A stretch of 64,000 nt of DNA, from NCBI GenBank assembly GCA_034422455.1, contig DAOUJQ010000023.1, positions 108,290 to 172,289 on the forward strand. Reading direction: 5' to 3'. Shown here piece by piece: positions 30,270-39,868 of the stretch (its first letter is position 1; every line of letters begins with the position of its first letter). Source of the stretch: Dehalococcoidia bacterium. Its GTDB lineage: Bacteria; Chloroflexota; Dehalococcoidia; Lucifugimonadales; UBA1127. The notes beneath the pieces were generated by a model. It was given only the letters and a program-made list of their open reading frames with translations, searched no databases and was not told where the DNA came from. The position numbers were made by a program, and so were the translations under genes.

Positions 30270-30331
30270 CTTGCCCGCAACCCTGGTGTCGGATACCCTC
30301 AGGGGCGCCAATCCGCCCCAAGGACACGCCC

Positions 30332-31069
30332 GTGCAGCACCGACGCGAGGCCCTTCAGGCAGCAGCCGTTCGCTGTTGGCGGCCCGTGTCCCTCGCCGTG
30401 CTGGCGGCCGCGCTGGCCGTCATGGCCGTGATGGCGCACGATGAGCCATCCTTCGGCTGGGACCGAGCCCTTGCTGACTGGCTCCTCGGCCTCTCCACCC
30501 CCGCCTACGACGCCTTCATGGAGGTCGTCTCGGTGCCGGGCAACTACTGGAACATCGTCATCATGATGCTGGCTGGCGCCGTGCTGGCCACGTGGTGGCT
30601 CGGATGGCGCGCCGGGCTGCTGGTGTTCGCCGGACTGGGGCTGATGGGCGTCAACGAGGTCTTCAAGGACATCGTCGACCGTCCGAGGCCGCTGGACCCG
30701 GTAACGGGCGGCGGCGAGAGCTTTCCCAGCGGCCACACCCTCCACGCCGTGTTGATGTCCGGGCTGGCGTGGCTGCTGGTGGCGCCGCGGCTGCTCCGCC
30801 CGGCGCACCGCTGCGCGCTGCTGGCCCTGGCGGTCCTCTGGCCGGCCCTCGTCGGCATATCGCGCGTCCACCTGGAAGTGCACTGGCCCAGCGACGTGCT
30901 CGGCGCGTACGTCTTCGGAGCGATGCTGCTCATCGTGCTGTCATGGGTCTGGCCAAGGGTGCAGCCCGCTGCCTCCGCTCGCCCTGACGCCGTCCTGCGC
31001 TCGACGAAGGGGCCTGTCGAAGGGCCGTCTTCGCCCCTTTCCGATGCCACGCATGAGGGCGCGCCATGA
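30332..31069 (+). CDS. PAP2-family membrane phosphatase
   Basis: K.IVDRPRP, SFPSGH and SRVHLEVHWPSDV motifs. Confidence 0.9.
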   Translation: MQHRREALQAAAVRCWRPVSLAVLAAALAVMAVMAHDEPSFGWDRALADWLLGLSTPAYDAFMEVVSVPGNYWNIVIMMLAGAVLATWWLGWRAGLLVFAGLGLMGVNEVFKDIVDRPRPLDPVTGGGESFPSGHTLHAVLMSGLAWLLVAPRLLRPAHRCALLALAVLWPALVGISRVHLEVHWPSDVLGAYVFGAMLLIVLSWVWPRVQPAASARPDAVLRSTKGPVEGPSSPLSDATHEGAP

Positions 31070-32382
31070 GCAAGCCGCTGCCGCAACGCCTGCCCTTCTT
31101 CTACGGCTGGGTCATCGTGGCCTTTGGCTTCGTGTTTGGCGCGTTCAACGTCGGCATGACGTCCTGGGGCCTTGGTGTTTTCGTGACCCCAATGCAGGAG
31201 GACCTGGGCTGGGACCGCGGCCTCGTCTTCCTGCCGCTGCTCATCGGCGCCATCGTGACCACGCCCCTCGGCATCATCGTGGGCCCCTGGGCCGATTCCC
31301 GGCACGGCGGCCGCCTCCTGGCGCTGGTCGGGATCCTGCTCTTTGGGGCGTCGCTCATGTACATGCGGTTCTCCGACAACCCCCTGGGCTACATTCTCAT
31401 CTTCGGCGTCGTCGGGGGACTGGGACGGTTCTCGGTCGCGATGGCCCTCGTGGTTGTGCCCAAGTGGTTCGTGCGCCGGCGGGGGCTTGCCCAGGCTACC
31501 GTCTCGGCGGGCTTCTCCATGGGCCCGCTGCTTTTCCCGCTGGTGCTCCAGACGCTGGTGGATACCGTCGGTTGGCGCGACGCGTGGTTCATCATGGGTG
31601 TCGCGCTCATCGTGCTGGCCGGCCCGGGCTGCTTCTTCATCGTCCGGTCGCCGGAGGACGTGGGGCTGCGGCCCGATGGCGACACGGAGGACGAGCCCCC
31701 TACAGCGCCGGGCGCGCAGCGGCCGGGGCCCGGCCCCGGCGGCCGCATCACCGCCGCGACGGAGGTGAGCCTGACGCGCCGCGAGGCCCTGCGCACCACC
31801 CAGTTCTGGATGCTCATCGTGGCCATCGGCATGGCGACGCTGGCCATTCGCGGCATGATCCCCAACTTCCAGCCCTTCTTCGTCTCGCTGGGATTCAACG
31901 CCACCGTCGTGGCGACCTCTATCAGCGCATACGCGGTGCCGGCCATCGTCATGGGTTTCGTCTTCGGCTCCCTTGCCGACAGGCATGGCCCGCAGAGGCC
32001 GTTCCTCGCCGTCTGCAGCATCGTTGCCAGCGGTCTCTTCCTTGTCTCGCTGGTGTCGCAGTTCCAGAACGTCGGCATGATGTTCGCGACGATGCTCTAC
32101 CTGGGCTTTGGCCTGAACGCCTTCTTCATCGTGGGCCAGGTCTTCGTCTCCAACACCTTTGGGCGGCAGCACCTGGGGGCCATCCGGGGCGTCATGGCGA
32201 CGGTCAACAACCTTGCGACCTTCGGCGGCCCGTGGCTCTTCGGTGTCCTGTTCGATGTCTACGCGGAGTACTCGCTGCTGTTCACCGTGGCGGTCGCCAT
32301 CTGGATCGGCACCATCGTGCTGGGGGCGCTCGTGCGGCCGCTGCGGCCCCGGCAGCCCGTGGAGACGCCGGCAAACGTGTAG
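31066..32382 (+). CDS. MFS transporter
   Basis: About 12 TM segments, GPWADSRHGGR motif-A-like loop, KWFVRRRGLA. Confidence 0.9.
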   Translation: MSKPLPQRLPFFYGWVIVAFGFVFGAFNVGMTSWGLGVFVTPMQEDLGWDRGLVFLPLLIGAIVTTPLGIIVGPWADSRHGGRLLALVGILLFGASLMYMRFSDNPLGYILIFGVVGGLGRFSVAMALVVVPKWFVRRRGLAQATVSAGFSMGPLLFPLVLQTLVDTVGWRDAWFIMGVALIVLAGPGCFFIVRSPEDVGLRPDGDTEDEPPTAPGAQRPGPGPGGRITAATEVSLTRREALRTTQFWMLIVAIGMATLAIRGMIPNFQPFFVSLGFNATVVATSISAYAVPAIVMGFVFGSLADRHGPQRPFLAVCSIVASGLFLVSLVSQFQNVGMMFATMLYLGFGLNAFFIVGQVFVSNTFGRQHLGAIRGVMATVNNLATFGGPWLFGVLFDVYAEYSLLFTVAVAIWIGTIVLGALVRPLRPRQPVETPANV

Positions 32383-32460
32383 CCCCGCCGCCTTGACCCC
32401 GTGCCGGGGCGTGGGTCTAATGGGGCCTGCGGCCTGCCGAGGCGTCTGAGAAAGGAAGCG

Positions 32461-33198
32461 ATGCCCGTGCCCGGTTGGAGGGAACCCGCGACATGGCCCG
32501 ACGCTGAGGCCTTCGAGCAGGGCGAGGCCGTCTCCTGCGACCTCGTGCCCCTCGGCTCCAACTACACCTTTCTCGTCTGTCTGCAGGGCGCTGACGGCGA
32601 CACCGTCAAGGCGATCTACAAGCCGCGCAAGGGCGAGGTGCCCCTGTGGGACTTTCCCAGCGGCACGCTCTACCTCCGCGAGTACGGTTCCTACCTGCTG
32701 GCCGAGGTCCTGGGCTGGCACTTCATCCCCGAGACCATCCTGCGCGACGGCCCCTACGGAGAGGGCTCCATGCAGCGCTACGTGGAGCACAACCCCCGCG
32801 ACCACTACTTCACCCTGAGAGAGCAGTACGAGGAGCAGTTTCACCGCATCTGCCTGTTCGACCTGCTCACCAACAACGCCGACCGGAAGGCGGGGCACAC
32901 GCTGCTGGGCGAGGACGAGCGCATCTGGGGCATCGACCAGGGCCTGACCTTCAACGCCTACCCCAAGCTGCGGACCGTGATCTGGGACTTCGCCGGTGAC
33001 CCGGTCCCTAAGGAGCTCCTGGACGACCTGTGCCGGCTGCAGGGATATCTCGACGGCGCCGAGGATGTGGTCCTGCCCATCGTGGACCTGCTGCACCCGA
33101 AGGAGGTGGAGGCGCTGCAACGGCGGCTGTCGCTCATCCTGGAGCACGCCGTCTATCCGGACCCGTCCAACGCGCGCCACTTCTTTCCGTGGCTCTAG
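32461..33198 (+). CDS. SCO1664-family PI3/PI4-kinase-like protein
   Basis: GSNYTFL, AIYKPRKGE.PLWDFP..TLY.RE, FDLLTNNADRKAGH and GIDQGL motifs. Confidence 0.88.
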   Translation: MPVPGWREPATWPDAEAFEQGEAVSCDLVPLGSNYTFLVCLQGADGDTVKAIYKPRKGEVPLWDFPSGTLYLREYGSYLLAEVLGWHFIPETILRDGPYGEGSMQRYVEHNPRDHYFTLREQYEEQFHRICLFDLLTNNADRKAGHTLLGEDERIWGIDQGLTFNAYPKLRTVIWDFAGDPVPKELLDDLCRLQGYLDGAEDVVLPIVDLLHPKEVEALQRRLSLILEHAVYPDPSNARHFFPWL

Positions 33199-33233
33199 CG
33201 TTCCGTGCGAAACATCGCTCTAGAGGGTCAAGT

Positions 33234-33677
33234 GTGAGAAGACCGATAGGGCCGCTCCTGACGATACTGGCCTGCACTTGCCTGATCGCCTCAGCGGGGT
33301 GCTCGAGCCAGGCGGGCGTCGCCACCCGCATCGCGACGGACTGGGTCACCGACAGCACATCGATCGTCACCGGGGAATTCGTCGAACTGGTCGTCGGCGA
33401 CATCCCCTTCGTCAGCCAGCTGGCACGGAGCGTGTTGGAAGACCAGATACGCGACAGCGTCACGTGGGAGTTTTCGACGCCCGAATGCGGGTCAAACAAC
33501 CGGTGCGAAGTCGTCGCGACGGCGTCGGTGGAGATCGTGGTTGACCTGCCCCTCGCGGAGCCGAGGAGGTTCACCGCGTCGCTGCCCTTCAACCTGCTGG
33601 TCGACACCGAGCGGCGCGAGGTGGTCCGCTGGGTCCCCGACGTGCCTGCTGCGTCCGTCTGGGAGCGGCCGGGGTAG
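33234..33677 (+). CDS. Hypothetical lipoprotein
   Basis: GTG start after GAGGG, signal ending SAGC, then a soluble domain. Confidence 0.6.
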   Translation: MRRPIGPLLTILACTCLIASAGCSSQAGVATRIATDWVTDSTSIVTGEFVELVVGDIPFVSQLARSVLEDQIRDSVTWEFSTPECGSNNRCEVVATASVEIVVDLPLAEPRRFTASLPFNLLVDTERREVVRWVPDVPAASVWERPG

Positions 33678-34003
33678 GCCACGGCCGGGTCCCGGAGGTG
33701 CGCAGGCCCACCCTGCCACCAACCCCTCGCGCGAATGCTGTGTCGCTCCCTATCCTCCTCCCATGAGCGGCCAAATGAAGGACCCCAACGTCCACATGGA
33801 CCTTCTCCTGTGGGCCACCCAGTTCTTGCCCGCATGGCTCGGGTTGAAGATCGTATGCGCCTCGGCCTGTGACCCTCAGGAATTGTTTCTCACGGGCGGC
33901 AATTTTTTTGCCGTAGCTGGGAGGCCCCAAAACAGCTACGGCGCGACAAATGAAGTCAATTTCCCGCAGCTACGAGGTCTGGCGAAACAATTCGGCAAAG
34001 TCT

Positions 34004-34062
34004 GTAGGGGCGACGGAGCCTTGAGGCCTGTCCTGAGCCCAGACAAAGGGCTCGCCCTCTAC
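34004..34062. repeat. Composite REP-like element
   Basis: GTAGGGGCGA...TCGCCCTCTAC arms enclose GTCCTGAGCCCAGACAAAGGG, a variant of the CCCTGAGCTTG.CGAAGGG element. Confidence 0.5.
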
Positions 34063-34331
34063 CGCCGTCCCCGGCCGCGCCGCCGACGGCGCGGCGAGGG
34101 TGAGGTCGTGGGCTCGCTCGCCGCCGCGGTCGCGATGGCCCGGCCGCTGATCCGCCGCGCGATCATGTGCAGCGGCATGCCCAGCACCACCATGAGCCCC
34201 AGCATCATCGCCGCCTCCAGCGCCCCCTTCACGCCGAAGCCGTCCCTGATGAGCACGAAGACCGCCGCCATCAGGAAGAAGAAGACGACCAGCCAGAAGA
34301 GCGTGCCGGTGATGAGCGCCAGGGCGGCCAT
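34059..34331 (-). CDS. Small two-TM membrane protein with Arg-rich tail
   Basis: Two hydrophobic segments, GGAGG RBS, directly downstream of the IMPase gene. Confidence 0.65.
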   Translation of the reverse strand: MAALALITGTLFWLVVFFFLMAAVFVLIRDGFGVKGALEAAMMLGLMVVLGMPLHMIARRISGRAIATAAASEPTTSPSPRRRRRGRGRR

Positions 34332-34347
34332 GGGTCCTCCATCGGCT

Positions 34348-35280
34348 CTAGGGGTTGGCGCCCGCGGGCTTGCGGCGCTTGAGCGCCTGCCTGGCGCCTC
34401 GGACGACGCGCGTGCTCAGCGGCAACGGCAGCAGGCCCTCCTGCACAAATCGCACCATCTCCGCGTTGCCGCACAGCACGGGCTGCCGCCAGTCGCGGAG
34501 CTGCTTGGTCGCGTCGCCATCAGCCGGGTCGTTGAGGAAGCTGGTCAGCGGACGCCATCCCTGCCGGTCGCGGCTGACGGCGACGCCGCCGGCCTCCTGC
34601 ACCAGCACGACGCCCGCGGCCACGTCCCAAGTGTGCGGGTTCCCGTGCAGCGTGAACTGGTACGTGCCGTCGGCGGTGAGGGCGAGCTCGTACGCCGTGC
34701 TGCCCACGGAGCGCTGCTGCCCGCCGTTCTTCAGCAGCTCCTTGCTGGGGCGGAACCGGCCCGGCAGGAAACCGCCCCGCACCGTCACGCGCCCCGCCAC
34801 GGGCTTGTCGCCGGGCGCGACGTGGAGGGGCTCCTCGCCCTCCCACGCGCCGCCGCCGCGCCGGGCGTGGAAGACCCGGCCGCCGGGCGTGTCCGGCCAG
34901 GGCAGGAAGATGGCTCCCACCACCGGCGTGCCGCGCTCCAGCAACGCGACGGAGCAGCAGAAGGACGGCAGCCCGTTGGCGAAGTTGGTGGTGCCGTCCA
35001 GCGGGTCGACGACCCACGTCAGACCGCCCTCGCCTGCCTCGCGGCCCTCGCCCTCCTCGCCGACGAAACCGTGGTCAGGAAAGCGGGACGCCAGCTCGGC
35101 GGAGAGGAAGGACTCGGCGGCGCGGTCGGCCTCCGTCACGGGGTCGCGCCAGCCCTCCTTGTCCTTGTACTCGATGGACATGGGGCGCTGGAACCGCTCC
35201 ATGAGGATGCGGCCGGCGTCGCGCACCAGCTTGACGGCGTACTCCTCCGCTTCCTGAAGCCATGGGGCTGTATCGGGCAT
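34348..35280 (-). CDS. Inositol monophosphatase family protein
   Basis: DPVTEAD, GEE, WVVDPLDGTTNF and WDVAAG motifs. Confidence 0.93.
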   Translation of the reverse strand: MPDTAPWLQEAEEYAVKLVRDAGRILMERFQRPMSIEYKDKEGWRDPVTEADRAAESFLSAELASRFPDHGFVGEEGEGREAGEGGLTWVVDPLDGTTNFANGLPSFCCSVALLERGTPVVGAIFLPWPDTPGGRVFHARRGGGAWEGEEPLHVAPGDKPVAGRVTVRGGFLPGRFRPSKELLKNGGQQRSVGSTAYELALTADGTYQFTLHGNPHTWDVAAGVVLVQEAGGVAVSRDRQGWRPLTSFLNDPADGDATKQLRDWRQPVLCGNAEMVRFVQEGLLPLPLSTRVVRGARQALKRRKPAGANP

Positions 35281-35376
35281 CCGCCACCTTCTCGGGCCGC
35301 GCTCGGTCGATGGGCGGCCACTGCGCTCATGGTACACAGATGCAATTCAGGCTGCCAGCGAGGGGTGCCGCCGCCC

Positions 35377-36303
35377 CTACGGCAGGCTGACGCGTGTGGC
35401 GCCGCCGTTATCCTGCAGCGCGACGAGGCCGTCCCGTGCGAGGCCCTCCAGCAGCCCGTGCAGCCATTGCGCGTCGCCGGCCGAGTAGTCCGGCTTGATG
35501 GCGCGGCCAAGGTCGCTAGTGTCGCACGACTCCCCTGCGGCGAGGCCGCGCAGGTGCGCCACGATGCGCCCGCGGTAGAACCGGCTGGACCCCTTGAACC
35601 GCTCCGCTTTGGGCCGGTAGAGCGCACGGCCCTCGGCCACCGCTGCCGCTGGCTCAGCCTCGAACGCCCCCGCGGCCCGGCAGTCGGCGCGCACAGGGCA
35701 GAGAAGGCACGTCGGCCGCCGCGACGTACACACCGTCGCGCCAAGGTCCATCAACGCCTGGTTCCACGCCCACGCCTGGCCGCCGGGCAGGACGTCGTGG
35801 GCGGTCGCGGCCACCTGCCCGTCCGACGGCGTCTCCGGCCAGTGGAAGATGCGCCCAAGGACGCGCCGCACGTTGGTGTCGACCACCGCCGTCTGCTGCC
35901 CCAGCGCGAAGCACGCCAGCGCGTCCGCCGTGTACTCGCCGACGCCTGGGAGGGCACGCAGCCCCTTTCGGTCCGCCGGCAGCTGGCCGCCGTGCCGCTC
36001 GACCACAGCCTGCGCCGCCCGCTGCAGGTTCAGCGCACGCCGGTTGTAGCCCATGCCCGCCCACTCGCGTATGACGTCGGCGGTGGGCGCCTCGGCAAGG
36101 GCGCGGAAGGTGGGGAACCGCCGCAGGAATGCGTGGTAGACGGGGATGACGCGCTCCACCTGCGTCTGCTGCAGCATGACCTCGGAGACGAGGATGGCGT
36201 AGGGGTCGCGGGTCTCGCGCCAGGGCAGTCGGCGGCCCGCCGCGTCGAACCACGACAGCAGCGCGCGCTGAACGCGCTCGACGGTGCCTCCGGCGGCGTA
36301 CAC
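35377..36303 (-). CDS. mutY: A/G-specific adenine glycosylase (short MutY without NUDIX domain)
   Basis: LPWRET.DPY.ILVSEVMLQQTQV, GMGYNRRA, LPGVGEYTA, VDTNVRR and Fe-S cluster C-x6-C-x2-C-x5-C. Confidence 0.93.
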   Translation of the reverse strand: MYAAGGTVERVQRALLSWFDAAGRRLPWRETRDPYAILVSEVMLQQTQVERVIPVYHAFLRRFPTFRALAEAPTADVIREWAGMGYNRRALNLQRAAQAVVERHGGQLPADRKGLRALPGVGEYTADALACFALGQQTAVVDTNVRRVLGRIFHWPETPSDGQVAATAHDVLPGGQAWAWNQALMDLGATVCTSRRPTCLLCPVRADCRAAGAFEAEPAAAVAEGRALYRPKAERFKGSSRFYRGRIVAHLRGLAAGESCDTSDLGRAIKPDYSAGDAQWLHGLLEGLARDGLVALQDNGGATRVSLP

Positions 36304-36436
36304 GACCGTCTTCCCTCCGCCTAGCGTGGCTGCGTCCGAGTGTAGGGTCGCGCCGGGCGGGGCACAACGGGTCAGACGCCGCATCCGCGTCCGTTCTGGG
36401 CCTGTCGGAGGACGTGCCGTCGAGGCCCCTCTCAAC

Positions 36437-36466
36437 TTGACACTCGTATTGGGGCGATGCTACATT
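36437..36466 (+). promoter_or_regulatory. sigma70 promoter of the tRNA pair
   Basis: TTGACA-N18-TACATT with an extended -10 TG, about 30 nt upstream of tRNA-Lys. Confidence 0.6.
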
Positions 36467-36495
36467 CAGCTATGGAATTCCTACCTCTGAGCGTT

Positions 36496-36569
36496 GGCCC
36501 GCTAGCTCAATTTGGCAGAGCAACTGACTCTTAATCAGTGGGTTCTCGGTTCGAGTCCGAGGCGGGTCA
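36496..36569 (+). tRNA. tRNA-Lys (CTT)
   Basis: Acceptor GGCCCGC/GCGGGTC, anticodon arm CTGA-CTCTTAA-TCAG, T arm GGTTCGAGTCC; CCA not encoded. Confidence 0.96.
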
Positions 36570-36608
36570 CTTCTCCCACCACGCAGCCTGCGGGCCCAAC
36601 GATGCGCC

Positions 36609-36692
36609 GGGGATGTGTCGGAACTGGCAGACGAGCATGACTTAGGATCATGTGCCTATGGCGTCCGGGTTCGAATCCCGGCATCCCCACCA
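36609..36692 (+). tRNA. tRNA-Leu (TAG)
   Basis: Acceptor GGGGATG/CATCCCC, anticodon arm CATGA-CTTAGGA-TCATG, long variable arm, GGTTCGAATCC, encoded CCA. Confidence 0.96.
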
Positions 36693-36759
36693 AACGCTCG
36701 CGGTCATGCGCAGGACGCCTGCGCAATGGATGGAGGGCGGAGAGAAGGGAGCCGCGCGC

Positions 36760-38127
36760 ATGAGCGCCAAGCGGGTCGTCATAGTTGGTGGGGGCTTCGC
36801 CGGCCTCAGCGCTGCCTACACGCTGATGAAGCGGGGCATCACGCCCCTCCTGCTCGAGGCCAACGATCGTGCAGGCGGACGCGGCATGGGCGAGAAGGTC
36901 GACGGGTTCTCCCTGGACATGGGCGCGTTCGTCTTCACCTCCACCTACGACACCGCATTCCGCCTGTGCGAGGAGTTGGGGCTGCCGCTGGTGCCTTCGA
37001 TGATGAAGTTTGGCCACTACCGCGGTGGGCGGTGGGTTACCACGACGCCGGACCAATCGCTCTGGAACTTCATACGCCACTTTCGCACGGCCGTCACCAT
37101 GGGCTTCCTCTCACCCTCAGGCATGCGGGCCGGTTTCAAGGTGATGCGGGAGATCCATCGCCAGTCGTCATACATGAGTTTCGCCGGCGACAGCCCCCTC
37201 GCTGAGATAGACGACGAGGAGTCCTTCGGCGATTACCTGGAGCGGTTCGGCGTGCCCGAGAAACTGCAGATGACGCTCAGAGGGCCCCTCGACATGATAT
37301 TGGGCGATCCCATGCCCGCGGGCCAGGCGCTGATGCGGGCCTACATCGGAGAAACGATGCTGCACTCCGGCAGGGTCTACATGCCCGAGCGGGGCATCGG
37401 CTCCCTGAGCGAAGCGCTCGCCAATGCCTGCTCCCATGCGATTCGCGTGTCGACCCCCGTCAGGAGGATCGTCGTCGCAGACGGGAAGGCGACCGGCGTC
37501 GTCGTGGACGGCGAGATCATCGAGGCGGACGCGGTCATCTGCGCCGTCCCCGGCACGAAGGTCATCGACCTCGTCCCCGAACTGCCAGAAGAGACGCGCC
37601 GCGCGCTCAACGCCGTCAGCTACTCGACCGGTTGTCGTGTGGTGATCGGCCTCGACCACCCCCCGCTCCCTCCCGGCTGGCATGGCGCGCTCTACCCGGA
37701 GGACGACGACACGCCGCTCCTGCTGAACCGGACCGCCTTTCTGCCTGCCTGTGCGCCTCCGGGCAAGAGCATCCTCGACTTGCTCATCGGACGTGACCGC
37801 GCCAAGGAGCTCATCCCGCTCGACGATGAAGAGATAAAGCGTGAACTGCTGGGCGCCGCTCGCCGGAAGGCGCCTCCAGGATCCGCCCTACCCGGCGACG
37901 ATGAGGGTCTGTTCTACCGCGTGTACCGCTGGGAAGAGGCGCTGTGCATGGGAACGCCCGGCATGCTCGCCGCGATGGCGAGCGTCCCGGAGCAGATCGC
38001 GGGGCGCATCGACAACCTGTTTTTGGCGGGCGATTACATGCGCGTTCCGGCGGTCAACGGCGCCCTTTCCAGTGGCGAGAGCGTTGCAGTCGAGGTCGCG
38101 GACTTGCTGGCGTCTCGCAGCAGTTAG
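36760..38127 (+). CDS. FAD-dependent oxidoreductase (amine oxidase / protoporphyrinogen oxidase superfamily)
   Basis: VVIVGGGFAGLSAA, EA.DRAGGR, LFLAGDY...GALSSG motifs. Confidence 0.85.
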   Translation: MSAKRVVIVGGGFAGLSAAYTLMKRGITPLLLEANDRAGGRGMGEKVDGFSLDMGAFVFTSTYDTAFRLCEELGLPLVPSMMKFGHYRGGRWVTTTPDQSLWNFIRHFRTAVTMGFLSPSGMRAGFKVMREIHRQSSYMSFAGDSPLAEIDDEESFGDYLERFGVPEKLQMTLRGPLDMILGDPMPAGQALMRAYIGETMLHSGRVYMPERGIGSLSEALANACSHAIRVSTPVRRIVVADGKATGVVVDGEIIEADAVICAVPGTKVIDLVPELPEETRRALNAVSYSTGCRVVIGLDHPPLPPGWHGALYPEDDDTPLLLNRTAFLPACAPPGKSILDLLIGRDRAKELIPLDDEEIKRELLGAARRKAPPGSALPGDDEGLFYRVYRWEEALCMGTPGMLAAMASVPEQIAGRIDNLFLAGDYMRVPAVNGALSSGESVAVEVADLLASRSS

Positions 38128-38217
38128 GCAGGGAATCACTTTGGCCCTATCCTATTCAAGGGCGGGTCGATGGCGTCGGGATGGAACGGCAAGACCGGAA
38201 TTCATCAGGAGAGGAAC

Positions 38218-39132
38218 GTGAGCAATTTTGAGACAATGCAGGGTCGCCTGGCAGCTGGGGAGACGATCTTGATGGACGGGGGCATGGGCTCGGAGCTGGA
38301 AAAGCGTGCCCTGACAAGCCCCGCCACGTGGTCGGGCGATCCGATGCTCACCCATCCTGAGACGGTGAGGGACATTCATCAGGAATTCATAGAAACGGGC
38401 GCCGAGATCATCATCACCAACACCTTTGCCACGGGTCGTGACGTGCTGGAATACGGCGGCCTCGAGCATAGGGTAGCCGAGGCCAACAGGCTGGGCATCG
38501 AAGCGGCGGTGCAGGCAAGAAAAAATGCTGGGGCGGAGGACTCGGTGGTCATTGCGGCCTCAGTCTCCACGATGGCTCCCAAGTCATACGCGGAAGTCCC
38601 GGTGCCTTATGAGAAGGCTTTGGAGACCTACCGGGAGCAGCTGGCAGAGATGGCCAAGGGGGGCACGGACGTGGCGGTGGGCGAGATGCTGGTCCGGATA
38701 TCGGACACGCTGGCGGTGATTGAAGCGGCAGCGGAGGCGGGTCTCCCGGTGTGGGTCGGGCTCTCCCTGGTCCGGGACGGAGACGAGCTTTACCTGGGCG
38801 TCAACGGCAGGCATGGAGGCGAGACCCTTCAAGCGACCATGGACGCCATCAAGGAAAGGGAAATCGCATCGGTGTTCATAATGCACACGCCGGTGGACGA
38901 CACGGGGCCGGGACTGGAGATAGTCAAGAGGAATTGGTCGGGGACCTTCGGCGCCTACGCCCACTTCCCCGGCCATGGCGGCCCTAACGCCGAGGCGACC
39001 TTCCTGAACCCACAACAGTACTTGGAATACGCCAAGGGGTGGCATGAGCAAGGGGCGCGGATTATCGGAGGGTGCTGCGGCACAGGCCCCGACCATATCC
39101 GAGCGCTCAGGGAGTGGCTGTCCCGTTCCTGA
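38218..39132 (+). CDS. Homocysteine S-methyltransferase family protein
   Basis: ILMDGGMGSEL, GAEIIITNTF and IIGGCCGTGPDHI motifs. Confidence 0.88.
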   Translation: MSNFETMQGRLAAGETILMDGGMGSELEKRALTSPATWSGDPMLTHPETVRDIHQEFIETGAEIIITNTFATGRDVLEYGGLEHRVAEANRLGIEAAVQARKNAGAEDSVVIAASVSTMAPKSYAEVPVPYEKALETYREQLAEMAKGGTDVAVGEMLVRISDTLAVIEAAAEAGLPVWVGLSLVRDGDELYLGVNGRHGGETLQATMDAIKEREIASVFIMHTPVDDTGPGLEIVKRNWSGTFGAYAHFPGHGGPNAEATFLNPQQYLEYAKGWHEQGARIIGGCCGTGPDHIRALREWLSRS

Positions 39133-39168
39133 CCCTCCAGTGAGGCATCAACCAGGCAGGAGACATCC

Positions 39169-39810
39169 GTGGACTTGAGTGTTGAGACCCACATGGGAGC
39201 AGTGGAACGGACCGTGGCGTTTCTGGAACGCGATGGAAAACCGGCCAGCGCGGTCACCCTCGCGCGAACCTTCGACGCGCCGGTCGAGGACGTGTGGAAT
39301 GCCGTGACGGACGCCGAGCGCATACCTCGCTGGTTCTCGCCCATCACCGGCGAGCTCCAGCTGGGCGGCCGCTACCAGTTGGAGGGCAATGCGGGCGGCG
39401 AGATCACGTCGTGCGAGCGGCTGTCCGGCTTCGCGGCCACATGGGAGTTCATGGGCGACGTCAGCTGGGTCGAGGTCCACCTCGCTGATGGCGGCGGCGG
39501 GGGCGTCCGTGTCGCTCTCACCCACACTGCGCTCCTCTCGCCGCATTGGGACATGTTCGGGCCGGGAGCCGTCGGCGTCGGCTGGGAGATGGGTTTCCTG
39601 GGGCTGGCGCTCTACCTTGCTGCGCCGGACGAGCCCAAGATCGACGAGGAGGCTTTCGTCGCGTCGCTCGAGGGCCGGGCGCTCCTCACCGCCAGCAGCG
39701 AAGCCTGGGGACAGGCAGCCATCGCGTCCGGCACGGACCCGGACATCGCGGCCTCGTCGGCAAGGCGCACGACTGCGTTCTACACGGGCGATGAGGTCGA
39801 ACCTGCGTAA
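39169..39810 (+). CDS. SRPBCC/AHA1-family protein
   Basis: RTFDAPVEDVWNAVTD.ERIPRWF and GVGWEMG motifs. Confidence 0.85.
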   Translation: MDLSVETHMGAVERTVAFLERDGKPASAVTLARTFDAPVEDVWNAVTDAERIPRWFSPITGELQLGGRYQLEGNAGGEITSCERLSGFAATWEFMGDVSWVEVHLADGGGGGVRVALTHTALLSPHWDMFGPGAVGVGWEMGFLGLALYLAAPDEPKIDEEAFVASLEGRALLTASSEAWGQAAIASGTDPDIAASSARRTTAFYTGDEVEPA

Positions 39811-39868
39811 AGCGGGCGCGCGGCCCCAAAGCGTTGTCCGCCGTCTTTGGCTGTGCTAGTGTCCCGCC

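Noticed and set aside
33541-36324. 927-aa plus-strand ORF, and similar very long ORFs (52926-55406, 30544-33180, 50454-52820, 19252-21069, 15955-17814)
   Set aside because: Antisense shadows of real genes, as expected at ~70% GC; no recognisable motifs.
36609-36692. tRNA-Leu as attachment site of a genomic island
   Set aside because: No integrase and no duplicated tRNA 3' end seen in the window.
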